NCBI GenBank assembly: GCA_030704615.1
Contig: CM060734.1
Location: 57,474,001-57,538,000, forward strand
Direction: 5' to 3'
From: Takakia lepidozioides
Lineage: Eukaryota; Plantae; Bryophyta
Length of the DNA: 64,000 nt
Shown here: one piece after another, positions 38,481 through 51,088 of the stretch
How the letters are laid out: every line of letters starts with the position of its first letter
Numbering within the stretch: the stretch's first letter is position 1
Made by a program: the position numbers and the translations under genes
The notes under the pieces: generated by a model
The model's input: only the letters and a program-made list of their open reading frames with translations
What the model was told of the DNA's origin: nothing
Database searches by the model: none

Positions 38481-40991
38481 TGTGCTTAACAATTCCACAC
38501 TTATTTGCACACTGCGTTAATCAAGGAATGATGAGATGAACATAATGTAGCCTGGCTGGTTTAATACAACATGGCATAACCGCCTCTCGCTACTGCATCC
38601 CACCCAAAATGGAGACTCGGGACCTCTCACGCTAGAAGTTCCTGAAATCTCCACACTGATCACTCAGATCCGGACGACTACTGGAGGCGGGCTCATCTCG
38701 TCCTCCTCTGAGGAAGTGTACTCAGTAGGTCCACTCGGGGCACTCTCTATTGAAGAAGCCGCATGTACCACGCGATGTGGTAACCGAGGCAGTTATGCCC
38801 GATGAGTCCTCATGCCAAAAGGAAAGGTTGCTGGCTGGGCTGGGTCCAACAGAATCAACCTACGAACTGTAGCAGGTGGTGCAAGAAAAGAACTCTCTGC
38901 TGGCCGGTCTCTAACTGTGTGCAGCAATGACAACTGGACGTAATCAACTCATGGATAAGGGATGCTGGTGTGGTCCCCCGGTGATAATATCGGGGCGGCA
39001 GATCAGATGAGAAACTGATGGGTGGCAGATTTCATTCATCCTAGCCCGGTGATTGTTTAAGTTGCTAATGCGTTATTGATTGGTTTGGTATAGGAATTTA
39101 GGGGTGCTCCCAAGTGGAGAGCGGTTTCCCAATGCTCACGACATAAAGATCGTTCCCAGGACGTTCCCCTGGTACCTTGAGGGTAATTTAGTTAGCTCCA
39201 GCATCCTACGATGATTCTCTATTTCTACGAATTTCATGCATTTGTTGGAAGGTTTTATGATTTGTTCTTTATTATTCAGAAGGGTAATTCGCCTTTAATA
39301 AGGGGTTTTATCCGGACCCCCTTAACTTTAAAACGGAAACTTTCAGGGATGCATCGCCCCCATCCGCCGATGATATTTGAAATCAAGTACCTGGCCGCTG
39401 GGGGGCCTTGGGTCAAGGAATGGTCATTGTTTTATTAGATCTCGGGGATTACCTAGACGTTTGAATTGTTATCATTCATCCGATGGACTGACCATTGAGG
39501 TTGAAACTTGGATCGCTCTAAGCAGGGGAGACTGACTTGGAAAGCGGATCCGGTCCCTTCCTAGGAGGTAGGAAATTAATCCACCTCGAGATTTAGGGGG
39601 GGACATTGGGCGGGACATACATGATCCCCGTCTCCCTGTGAATGAATTTGAGGTTCGTCCCAACTATAAGCGTGTTGGGAGTCTAGGCATGTAAGAAGTA
39701 GTAATAAACAAACACTTGGAAGGCAATTACTATTAAAGACGTAGAAAACCCATAAACAAAATGTAGGACTAAGAAACGCAAATCGCCCTGTGAAGTGAAG
39801 TTGTTAAGCTTTGCTTTGCCAGTTGGAAGTTAGACTGTTTAGATCCGTAGCTACCACGGACCCTTGCACTTACTGCAGCCGGGTAGGCGGTTCATTGAGC
39901 CCAACCTACACCGCAACTTGCCACGACCCACTAGGCTAGTATGCCGTCACCTGGCCGCGCGCGACCAGGGATCATCAATACGTCTTATGATATTGACATC
40001 CGTAGACTTTACATGTGCGAATGCTTTTGAATTTATAGCATGGAATTCATCCCTAGTCAAAGGATCAACAAAAGCTTGCAATCGCTTAGACTTGAAACAA
40101 CCACATGTATTCAAAGGGTCAAAAAACTCAACAAAAGTGAACTCCCTGAATACATCACTTGGTTTATAGATTGATCTACCAAAATGGTTGTGATATTTCC
40201 AACGAAAGAGAGTAAAGCCAATTCATGTTGCTCAAAAAAACCAAAAGTGGCTGAGATTACCTCTTTAACACAAATCCATTCCATTGCACGATTAAGATAT
40301 AACACATGAATATATCCAATCTTTTTTTTTTTTACTGGAGATAAAAGGTAGAGACGTCTTTGTACATCAGATGTAAGTCTCCTGTCACACATCTCTGGAA
40401 ACAAGAAGACATTCCGAAAAAGACTATTAGTTGATTGGAAACAAGTTGACATCGTATCTCCAGAGCAAAACTTCAAAGAATCACCACCGTAAGACACGTG
40501 CTTTGAGTGGAGACCTACTAACAGACCCCTGACTACTAGAAGGTGTACGATCAGAACCAATGTCAATTGTAGTATCAGAGGAAGATAGAAACCATCCATC
40601 TTGCACCCTAGGAATAGCAAGTGCTACAATAGAATTACGACCAGCGCCAACATGACCACGGCCATGTGAGTAAGTGTGGCCAGAATGACGTCCTCCTGCT
40701 CTGGCCCTCCCACCAAACTGACCTCCTCTCGGGATGAGCGGAGGACTGTTGCTGAAGGAGGTACGTTGTTTCTTGTAGTAAGGAACTGAGCCAGGAATTG
40801 GCGAATTGAGGGAGAAACTCAGTGGTTTGATCAGCCTCTCAATCGTTCGTACCCCCGACTTTATGCTTGGCCAAGAGCTTGCCACATGGCGCAAACACAA
40901 ACTCGGTCGCAGTCTCTTTCATCAAATCTCTAGTATACATAAAGGTGATGTGTGCCAAGACCGCTATCTTTGCAGAACCAGCCAACCAAAT

Positions 40992-41624
40992 TTAAAAAGC
41001 AACAAATTTGGTTTTGAGAGACGGAAATTCAGAATGATAGAACTCCACCAGATTGTTGACCATGTACCAAACAGCTTGGTCAAACCACAGTAGACTACCC
41101 ATGCACCCACCTTTTGAGTTCGCCAAACTGCAAGGGCATCTCAAAAAGGGCCTATGCCAATTCCACCATGCTGTTCGGTGGTTATCATCACGACGAGCAC
41201 CAATATTCATGTTGCCCTTAGTGCAAACATGAATGCTTGTGCTCATCGCACATCTCTTGGGATCGTAAGCAGAAATTGGAAAGACATTGGGGATTTCCAC
41301 AATAACCTTTAGAAACTGAAATCCATCAGCTCTTTTGGCCTTACAATCATCCACTTCAGCCTGTGAAATGTTGGCCCATGTCATCCACATGTGGAGATCA
41401 ATTGGCGCCAAGAGCTGCAGGTTAAAGAGTGTCCACATACGGTGACATTTCTCAGTAACCATCAATTCTACCGCCCTTGGAGGAGGGAGGGGAGCCACTG
41501 GTTCCTTTCTCCCACTACTAATCAGATTGTTCCTTGACAGCTCAATTTGTGAGCTCTGAATCCCTTCCACATACTCTTCCAATGTGGTTCGATCCACATC
41601 TGGGATCGTCATCTTGGCCAAGAG
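40992..41624 (-). other. Unassigned ~210-aa Cys/Trp-rich ORF remnant, truncated by the LTR
   Basis: Open frame of protein-like composition; no motif recognised. Confidence 0.3.
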
Positions 41625-42117
41625 TGTCACACACCTCATTTCGGTAAGCTCCCCTTCAAGTCATAGTTACTCGCTTTGATGCGCGCGCCTGACTCCCAAC
41701 CTGGCCGCCGGGCCAACTTGGAGCTTCGGCTGCTCACCGGGACATAACGGTCCCCCTTCGCTCTCCCAAAGAACCCTCCACCGATTTGGGCGTAGTGGGA
41801 ATTCCCTTTGGTAGTTGGCAGTCCGGAACAGCTCCCCACTCTTTGGTCGCTTTCCGGCTCGCTCGGTTACTCACTAGTTTTTGGTCACCAACGGGCTTGC
41901 ACCGTTCTCGGGGTTACTACTCCCTATATATACTTCTGTGACTGTCCGCGGGGGTTTCACAAACAACCATGCCATTTCATGGCGAACCACCACGAAAACC
42001 CTCGACTCCCGGTGATGAGTCGCGGTGAGTCTTGGCCCACCCACCACGACCCTTATGGACCGTGATGAGTCCCAAGACTCCCCACGACTCCCACCACGAG
42101 GTCTCCGCCCCATGGTG
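41625..42117 (-). repeat. Truncated LTR of the same chromovirus family
   Basis: Aligns with 7060-~7552 with scattered substitutions; similarity ends abruptly at CATGGTG|CACCATAAG. Confidence 0.92.
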
Positions 42118-45100
42118 CACCATAAGCATTCGTGTCATTTACCACTGGGATAACGACTCATTTTGAGTCGTAAAAGTCAAAAAATTGGGATCGACTGGAA
42201 GTTACAAACGACTAGTTACAACAGACATGGTAGTTGGGTTGGACATCCAATGATTGGAGTGGTAAAGGACGTAGACGCGCGAACAACTGCTCAGCAATTA
42301 ATGCGATTTATGCTGAAGAACCACGTGGCGTAACCAGGCGGGCCGCCCGTGTGTCTGACTTTTTGGGCTGACTTTGACTTTTCCCTCTGGATGAGTGGAC
42401 TGACTTACCCGGGGCGCGGTGACACATGGACGCAGACGTGGATGCCGATGTGGCGGCACCGTGACAAGCGGCAATGCTGCCGCGTGGCCACGGGCCCAAG
42501 ACGCCACATCGCAGTCGGCCACATAACTTGGAGTGCTACATGTCACGTGGCAACAGCCACTAACGAAGTCGACTGCACAACTGCCGGCAGACGAATCCAC
42601 GGGGACCACGTGGAGAGTGTGTGGGTCGACGCGTAGCGTCGTCCCCACGCAATGGCAGTGAGGGGTACGACTGCTAGTGGAAAGATGCAGAGTGTTTGTG
42701 CCATCTCGGGACTGTTTTGGCCAACTCCGCTGCCACTGTGCTAGTTGGTTGCACTACAGTAGGAAAGCACTGCAAACGAGCACTTGTAGTGGTTTGTGTG
42801 AGTTGTCCAACTGACCTGCATTCTAAGCTGAAAATATGGTTCTGATGCATTCTACTGGTTTTAGTGGTTCACCCATATGCAGGGGGAATTGAGAAGCAAT
42901 GATATTGGGCGAGACTCAGAACACAGACCATGATGTATGCACAACATCACGCTAATGAACCAAATAGACGAGGCAAGAGGGAGACCAAAGACCATCACCA
43001 TACACATAGAAGGTGGACGGACACGACGACAAGCAGGAAATGTGATATTACATTCAAATAAGAGACCGTCACGGCACACCTGCATATGAGCAAGACTAAA
43101 TGCCAACATACATGGTTGCCGGACATCACTTAAACTGTCATGGTCCAAATGTTCAAAACTGATAACGTGAGTATCATACACACTTCTATGAGTATCATTA
43201 CACACCCAACAGGGACTACAAACATGAAATGTCACTTGATACTTTTACCTTTCCTCGTACTCTTCTCTGGCCACTTCACATGCGCTAGTGTGGTCTGGGG
43301 GGGGGCATCATCCACATTTGGGCAAGGCAATGTAACACTTGGAAGCATAATCTTGTGGACTTTCACCTTGTACCACCCGGATCGAATGTCCTTGCAGTGG
43401 AACTTGTCAACCCCGGCTATTCCCACCACTTCCGCCTTTGCGGCGGCTGTCTTTGACCGCTTGTCATGGGGGTTCAGGAGAAACACAGGATCTGATATCT
43501 GCAGACACCAACATCAGGTCCCACTCAACAACAAACATAGCAATGACAGGGTGAAAGTCAAGCGCAGCTGGGCATGGAAACGATCTTGGTTGCCACGATA
43601 CTGAATCAGCAGCAAATTCACGGTGTACCAACGTATCTTGAAGCGAAGCTCGTCGCTGAGGGTGGCAACTGAGGAAAGCTGCCCACGTGTCTTCAACTGC
43701 AGCAACAAAAAGAGGTTTAGTCAGACGGATAAAAATAACATGAACTCTAGTGGTTGCAATGGTATAAACACACCTCCACGGAGCAAGCTAACAAACACCC
43801 TGCTCAGACCCTGCACACTACAACTTCCTGGCAAAAATAACCCCACTAAAAACCAGCCAGGCAAAGCAAAGGAGCCATGAATGCATGCCTGGGGAACCAC
43901 GTCCTCCTGCGATGATGGTGCCGGGGACAGCCCACTCCTCTTGCTCACGTGCAATGAATACACATTGCAACGCTTCAGGAAGTGTATCCATAAAGGAAAC
44001 CAACCAAGTAAGTTTGCGGAGAGGGGCTGGGAACAACCATACCTTGGGCGCTGCCTCCTCATGCCGGGGGGCAGATCCGGAATGCTGGCGCCGTAGCACT
44101 ATGGTCCTTGGCGCAGGACCCACCTTCTTCACATTCGACCCCAGTGCCACTCCCTGTTCATGTGGTCCCTGCAAAACATATAGTGCCAGCCTTGCGTGAG
44201 AGGGCATCCGGGGGGAACAAAACAAACATATCTTTTGGCTTCGATGTCATGTTGCAAACAGTAAGGTTAGTTTCACCTGCATGGGCGCAGAAGTACTTCC
44301 CCCAACGACCCCATCCTCTCCCACATTCAAGCTGCCAGTCGGGGTCAGCTTTCGCGTGCTTGTGAAGACACGCACATCCTTGGAGCAAAACAAATCTTGG
44401 CAGTAGGGCCAGACTGTTTCTAAAAGGTAGTCTGAATCGGGCCCCTCACTGACATTGCCAGTGACATCAAACGACAATGGATGGACCATGTTCAAAGGGG
44501 AGTTCCCCCTCCCCTTGTGTGGTGAATCATCCACTAGGAGGGTGTTGGATTCGTTAAATCCAGAAAATTGCGACCACACCCTCGACAGTCTCTTCTGTAA
44601 GTTCTGTACGGCAGGCCCTTTTGTGGGGTGTGGCTCTGTCAAGGGGTCACACTCCTCTTGTGACCACACAAAGAGGGGAGAACCCTTGACCCCCTGCATC
44701 ACCACTTTCAAGATGTCTGCAACATTCCCCTTGGAAGCACAGGACCATATCCCAACGTAGAAATACCGGAAGAGAAGGTTTAAAAACTCGCAGACCTGGG
44801 GCCTTGGGAAAACATACTTGTTGGTGGTCAACACCCATGGCCAATGATGCCTGGGTTGGGCTGAAAGTTAGGAATAGAGTGGCACAGGATCCCGTTCAGG
44901 TCTAGAACAATTAGTTTCGACTTTTCAATGAAAGGAGCTTTTGAAGGGGTGTCACGGGGTCTCACCTCAGTGGGTTGGGAGACAACAGTCACCCCGGAGG
45001 GCAAACTTTCGGTCCCCCTACAGCCTGGACCAGGCAAACTACCACCCTCTCCCCCTACAGCTTCCCCTTTTCCCCCATCATGAGCAATGACCCCCCCATT

Positions 45101-46909
45101 GTCCATGTCATCCCCACCAACTTGCTGGACCTCTCCCTCTTCAACGAGTGGACCCTGCCCCCCACTGTGAATATCATCAACAACAGGCTGGACCTCTGTC
45201 ACATCCCTACCCACTACAATTACTTCCTCCTTGTCAGGTACAATGGTCGCAGCAGGGGGGTCTTCCATAATGCCACCCGTCACACCCCTTTTTGCCCCAT
45301 CATGAGTTCCACTATCTTCTTCAGTTGTGCTTCCATTCCCCTCTCCCGCTCCGCAGAGAGAGCCGCAAGCCTCTCCAGGGCCCCGATGCGGGCTGCCATT
45401 GAGTTCCCCGCTCCCTACGCATACAAACACCCACCCGTACTGTTAAAAACCAGAAGAAGAGGCCGAACGTGCAGGATTTCAGGCAGATGGCTGGGTTTGG
45501 CATAACACCCCTCGTGTACCATGCGTGGGGGCCCCACATACCCACCAAATCTTAGTACAACAACAGATTCATGAATGGAAACCGGACTTCAAAACATACC
45601 TGGCTCAAAACAGACTCTGATGGGGTGCCAGTCGCAGCGTTCTTTTGCTCCGCCCCGAGCTCGGACAGTGACGGGCTCCGCGCTTTGCGTCTTTTCTGTA
45701 TTTGCCCATCCACACACTGTCAGTACAAAATGCCAGGAGCATATGGACAAAGCACTGCCCTGCATATCACACAACTAATTATGCACAAGCAATAAAACCC
45801 ACTCGTGGGTGTCTCTTCCATCAGAACATGCCACAACATAAGAGCAATGAGAAGGGGGTGAGGGAGATTACCAAACGGGCTGCTTGGCCTACAACTCCTG
45901 CCCGGCCCCAACGCGAGGGGTTTGTGACACAAGCACGCGCTTGCTTCATCTCTTCAGCCTTTGCAAGTCCACGAGGGGACTCCCAGTAGGCAACAAGCTT
46001 ATCCCAATAGGCGGGTTCAGTGTTCATTGGCCTCACACCAGTCTTCGCCCATTTATCTTTCAGTTTTGCTCTTTCTCCTTTCATTATCTTCCCACATTGC
46101 TTGACTATAAAATCACGATTGGCAGGGATAGGTGTGTACTCGTACATTCCATTTATGCCCTCTATTACTGTTGACATGGCACTCTAGGACTGCTGGTCAA
46201 TGTCTTGTACGCTTGAGTCAAGGTAACGCAATGTTAGGCCACGCAAATCACGCTGCCAGTGTTCCTTACCTTCGCAGCCAACATTGATGACTCCATTTCC
46301 ATGCACCTCCACCTTGTGGCGCTTTAGCCCTGCAGCCACCCTTCCCTCTCCATCTCCTTCCCATTGTTTCATGGCATGGCGTCGTTCCTTCCTCAGCTCT
46401 GATGACCGTTTCCTGCCCCCATGCTCTGGAGCAGCGCCGTCATACGTTGTGGGGGGTGACTGATGTGTGCCGGAGGGGGGAGGGCCGTATGGAGATGTGG
46501 GAGGCCCCCATTGTGATGTGGCAGCATCAGGAAGCCAGCGCCACGACCCCGAAGCAGGGGGGGCTCCCCATGGTGCACTCTGTTGTGGAGACCATCCGGC
46601 AGGGGGTGGGTGCCAAGGTTGGTGTTGGTTGGCATTGTATGGTGGCTGTGAGTGCTGTGCTGTAGTTTCACTCCCCTTCCGCTGCCAAGAACATCCCACA
46701 CACAAGGTGCATCAGCTCTAGTCCTACTGAACACAACGTTACCAGAGCACAAACCATCCCACAACCACAACCATAAACAGCAGACCTCAAACCCACTCCC
46801 CTGCAGCGCAAGTGCCCAAAACTGAAAAGGAGAGGGACAGAATGTCCTCATAACATGTAAGGCCATTGGTGAAGAAACAAAATGTGGGCGGGTTCACATC
46901 AGTACCACA

Positions 46910-48650
46910 TGAAACTTACCAGGAAACAGAACATCCATCCGGGTTTTGCACATATCCAGTGGATATCTATTCACACAATCATCAAATGGCTGTATGGCAG
47001 AGCTCTCATGGGAGCCCCAAAAGGCCTAAAGACTCTCAATGTTGGTAAACACAGGTGCAGACACAATTCAATTGATAGCTTGGATATCCGGCGGTCTGTC
47101 TGGTGATAGCACCCCGGGCAGTGAGTCAGACAATGAATATTGTGTTTGTGGAGCCCACAGAACGGGCAATAGCACTCTCTCATCCCTCTCAGCTTCTGTT
47201 TGTTGTCCAAAGGTAGGCTTCCTTACCAAATCCACAATTTAAGTCTGGTGCACACAGTGGGTAGACCCTTCAGGTCATCCGGGATGTCCTCCCCCATGTC
47301 ACAATCTAGAAACATGTTCATGGATGTTTTATGCCTAACTTCTTTGTCATTACACAATTTTGTGGCAGCACACATGGCTTTCTCCCCTATGGTTGTGAGT
47401 TCTGGGCACCTGGTGTCCCTGTCTCCTGGTGGGAAAAGAATTTGGAACCATTACAGTCATCTTTTCTCCAAGCAATGCTTGGCGCTAGGAGCACAACTCC
47501 ATCTCAGATCCTAGGTGCAGAGTTCGCATGTGTACCATTGCAATCCGAGGCCCTCTTCAGGCTTACAATCTTTCTCCATAGATTGCAGGCCCTTCCACCC
47601 AAAGGGCTAGTGGCAAGGGCCCTCACAACATCTATGAGGCTCAAAGCTGCAGGTTTCGGGAAGTCCTGGTATGCTCGAGTGGACAGTTTATTTCAACGTA
47701 ACGGACTTTCTACTGCTTTCCTATTACCAATGAACCCAGATGAGGTAGACATCACATCCAGACATGACCGCAACAGACTCATTTGGAGAGAGCTTATGGA
47801 ATTACATGTCAAGAGAACTTGGATGCTACCCAATCTCACGACAAAGCTCCACTTCTATCGAGAGACATTCTTGGTGCTCCGCGATGATAGAATCTTGAGA
47901 CCAAATTATCTTTCAGCACCTTTATCTCCTTCCCTCTTGAGGGCATTGGGGCGGTTCAGGGTGGGTTCCCACAACCTACGGATAGAGACTGGCAGATGGG
48001 AAAACCTGCAACGGGAGGACCGCCTATGTCCAGCTTGCATAGGGCGCAGCAAGGAAATTGAAATTGAAGAACACTTCTTCTTCTACTGCCCTCTATACTA
48101 CGAGATCCGTGGGAGATTCCACTGTTTATTCAGTGGAACCCAAACTCTCACTGATGTCTTTCACTATGAGGATCAAAAATGCTTGGCAGCCTACCTACAC
48201 GAGGCCTTCACCCTTAGACAATCGCTAGAACATTAATTGTGGTTTCTGGATTTGTTCCTCTCTCATGTCTTCTTCCATTTTGTCCCATAAGCTCTACGAG
48301 CTTTCCGCGGACGTTATAAAGCACCATTTCATTTCATTTCCCCTATTTCCAAGATATAGAGTCGATTAACTTACGATATCTGGTGTAAAGAGATGTGTTG
48401 CAATAGACTCTACCATCTCACCAGCTATTCCCACCACTTCCGGTTAAGAAAGGGATGCCAAACTCACCATGAACAGCCACATTGGCTATTTTGGAGCATG
48501 CGGACATCCACTCCTTAAGCACCCCACTTGGAAGGATTCTGCAGACCTAGCCTCGTTGGAGTTATCAACCCATATAGCAAATGCGTACTCCAAGGCAAGT
48601 CCAATGACGCGACAGCGCAAGGTTTTCTTGACCTCAAAGTGAATCCCTAT
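46910..48650 (-). mobile_element. Old 3' fragment of the LINE family seen at 25.5-30.2 kb, lying in the TnpA intron and split by a younger LINE
   Basis: Reverse complement of 48341-48650 aligns with ~29140-29448, and of 46910-47380 with ~29570-30058. Confidence 0.8.
47383..48346 (+). mobile_element. 5'-truncated LINE (RTE-like C-terminus) with (ATTTC)n tail
   Basis: YGCEFW...FRVGSHNLRIETGRW...RLCPAC...EIEEHFFFYCPLY; tail CATTTCATTTCATTTC; candidate TSD TCCCCTAT. Confidence 0.85.
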
Positions 48651-50713
48651 ATACGAGAACAATTTAGTGAGACTCGGCGCTTTGCCTTTCCTGTTTGAAC
48701 AACTTTATGGATATGTGCATCCCAGTTTCAATTTGAGGAGAACTCAAGGCCCAGAAAACATGACCAGAAGTAGGGGTAGAACTCACCTCATGCGTAGCGG
48801 GTTTGTGCCGTTTGCGCACCTTTTGGAGAGACTCTGCAGATGGAGGTGCAGTTTCCGCAGAATTGTCCTCCACGTCATCGTCGTCGCCCATGCTATACTC
48901 GCTTGTGTCAAAATCCAAACTCGAAGACCGCCCACCGTGTCGCCTTCCCTCTCGCACCGACGCCATCTTTTGCGGATTCAGTCGAGCCAGGCGGGGGCTC
49001 CTTCGCACCGCGGGGCTGGAATGTGCAGAAGTGGGAGGAGGTGATGCTGCCTCGGCGGTCGAGCGCTTCTTACTAGGCGTGGACATAGACCATGACAAAG
49101 ATGAAGACGACCGAGGACATAGACCACGACCAAGACAAAGACGAGCGAGGAAGACCAATACATGCAAAGGAGGAAAGAAGGACAAGGAGGGGAGTGTGAT
49201 CACACACCCCCCCCGATCTGTAGTGAAGATCCGGCCGTTGTTGATTTCAAATATGAACACGTGTTGTGCATCCGACACTATGGCCTTTTCGACTTTGAGA
49301 CGTTTCAATATAACCACTTGCAATCCTCCAAACAACTAGATGTAGTGATTCACACAACTGACATGGATCCGTTAACTTTATTTCGTTCAAAATTAGGCGA
49401 AGGAAACACACTGCAATGATGCCGTGTATGGCTCCGCTTTACATGCATTCTTGGAGAAAATGCGCATGATGTGTGAGAAGTGAACACAGTGCTCTGCCAA
49501 ATGATTCAGCAAAAACAAACTCAACTGTAGTGGTTCTCCCATCACAGAGAACGGTCCATTCGACACCCATTGCACCATGCCAGGTTGAGGTCCTCACACA
49601 CACACCTGCAACCGAGAATTTGCCAACCCACATCAGCTGGGAGAACATGGAAATTACCCCGTGGATCACATGCAAGCATGAATGAGAAATGGAAGGAGAG
49701 TTACATGGGAGATTTTGGTGTACCTGTGCGACATGCAACTCTGTCTACATACTCCATAAGTCACTGTCCCAAGACCCAAGTGGACAGGGGAGGCCGGTGA
49801 GTTTGTACCACAAATGGTAATCATACAGCAGAGGGTACTGCTGCCCAACGTGCAAAAGCCGCCGGCTGCAGGATGCTAGGCATGCGAAATCGGGCACAAC
49901 ACGCCTCCTCTGCACCCCACTCCGTCCCAACCAGTGCAAAACAACCGTGCATGCATTGACTGCCGTCTGGCTTTCTCTCCAGGCATTTGGGGGTCTGCGA
50001 TCTGCTACACGTAAGTGTCTTTGAAGGCGACGATCAAAGGATCCGGTCACTTGCAGTTGCCGTCTCAAGGGCAGCATTGCAAGAATCAGAATTAAGTAAG
50101 AAAGATGGTGGAAGAAGCTGCAAACAGCAAATGAGTGAAGTGGCAGGGCGATGCTCCATTCTTAACATGCTCCCCTTCCCGCCATGGTGATAGAGCCACA
50201 CAAATGGACTCCCTTCCCGCCACGGTGCAATTTCAAGGCAACGGAACGGGATTGTCCGCCGAAACGTGATTTGGAGATGGCCTAAGACAAGTGGCGCAGG
50301 TTCTGGCCTTATAGTCGGGTTGTTCACACTTCAATGCACACATTTCATACACATTCAACCATATGCCCAAGATCACAACGTCCTGAATCGTGAAAATTGA
50401 AATTCCACGTACGTCCTCCGATTCCTCACACACAACGAACTGTAGAGACAGGTGGTTTTCCAGGATGTCGTTGTTTGAGTCGATTTTGGTCATTTCTCTC
50501 AGTGTCTTGTTGAAAAGATTCTAGTTATGATGGGAAGCATCGTGATGGCTTTTAAATGGTTTGCTGTTGAGTGCAACTTTTCATCATGTTCTGGAATCTA
50601 CCAGTTGGTATAAAATGTCAACTGTCTTCTCTGCCAAAGGATGTGCGGCTGAACCTTTCAAATTGAGATTGCAGGAGGAGGGAATTGACGGTAGTGAAAT
50701 GGGAGTGGCAAAG

Positions 50714-51088
50714 CCAATTTGAGGAATCTCTGCAAAGGAGAATCCGGCCCCCTGCAACGGCGTGCACAAACTGCATTGAAGAGGCTCCCCAACAAAAATG
50801 AGTTCCCCTCGCCCATGCGGAGGACTTCCAATTAATCACCCCTGTAGACAGAACACCCGAGATGACAGGTTGTGGGAAAGAGAAGTGGCACGTGCCCGAC
50901 TTCCAATTTGAGGAATCTCTGCAAAGGAGAATCCGGCCCCCTGCAACGGCGTGCACAAACTGCATTGAAGAGGCTCCCCAACAAAAATGAGTTCCCCTCG
51001 CCCATGCGGAGGACTTCCAATTAATCACCCCTGTAGACAGAACACCCGAGATGACAGGTTGTGGGAAAGAGAAGTGGCACGTGCCCGA
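50714..51088 (+). repeat. Perfect ~186-bp tandem duplication (period 189) covering the TnpD start
   Basis: 50714-50899 equals 50903-51088. Confidence 0.92.

Larger units (their letters stand above)
43232..49086 (-). pseudogene. CACTA TnpA-like multi-exon gene with embedded FCP1/NIF (HAD) phosphatase domain
   Basis: Exons about 49086-48787, 46682-45872, 45696-45600, 45414-44279 and 43498-43232. WDKLVAYWESP...MKQARACV..PSRWGRAG (Ptta/Transposase_24-like); LIVLDLNGIL, FPRP, VGIWS, NTLLVDDSPHK (NIF); FHCKDI..GWYKVKV...LPCP (Tnp1-like). Confidence 0.72.

Noticed and set aside
39000-39030. Hammerhead ribozyme core
   Set aside because: CTGATGA and GAAA are not present in the correct order with flanking stems.
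42752-42791. CACTAC...GTAGTG as the CACTA terminus
   Set aside because: Only 40 bp apart, no TSD, and internal to the subterminal region that starts at 42118.
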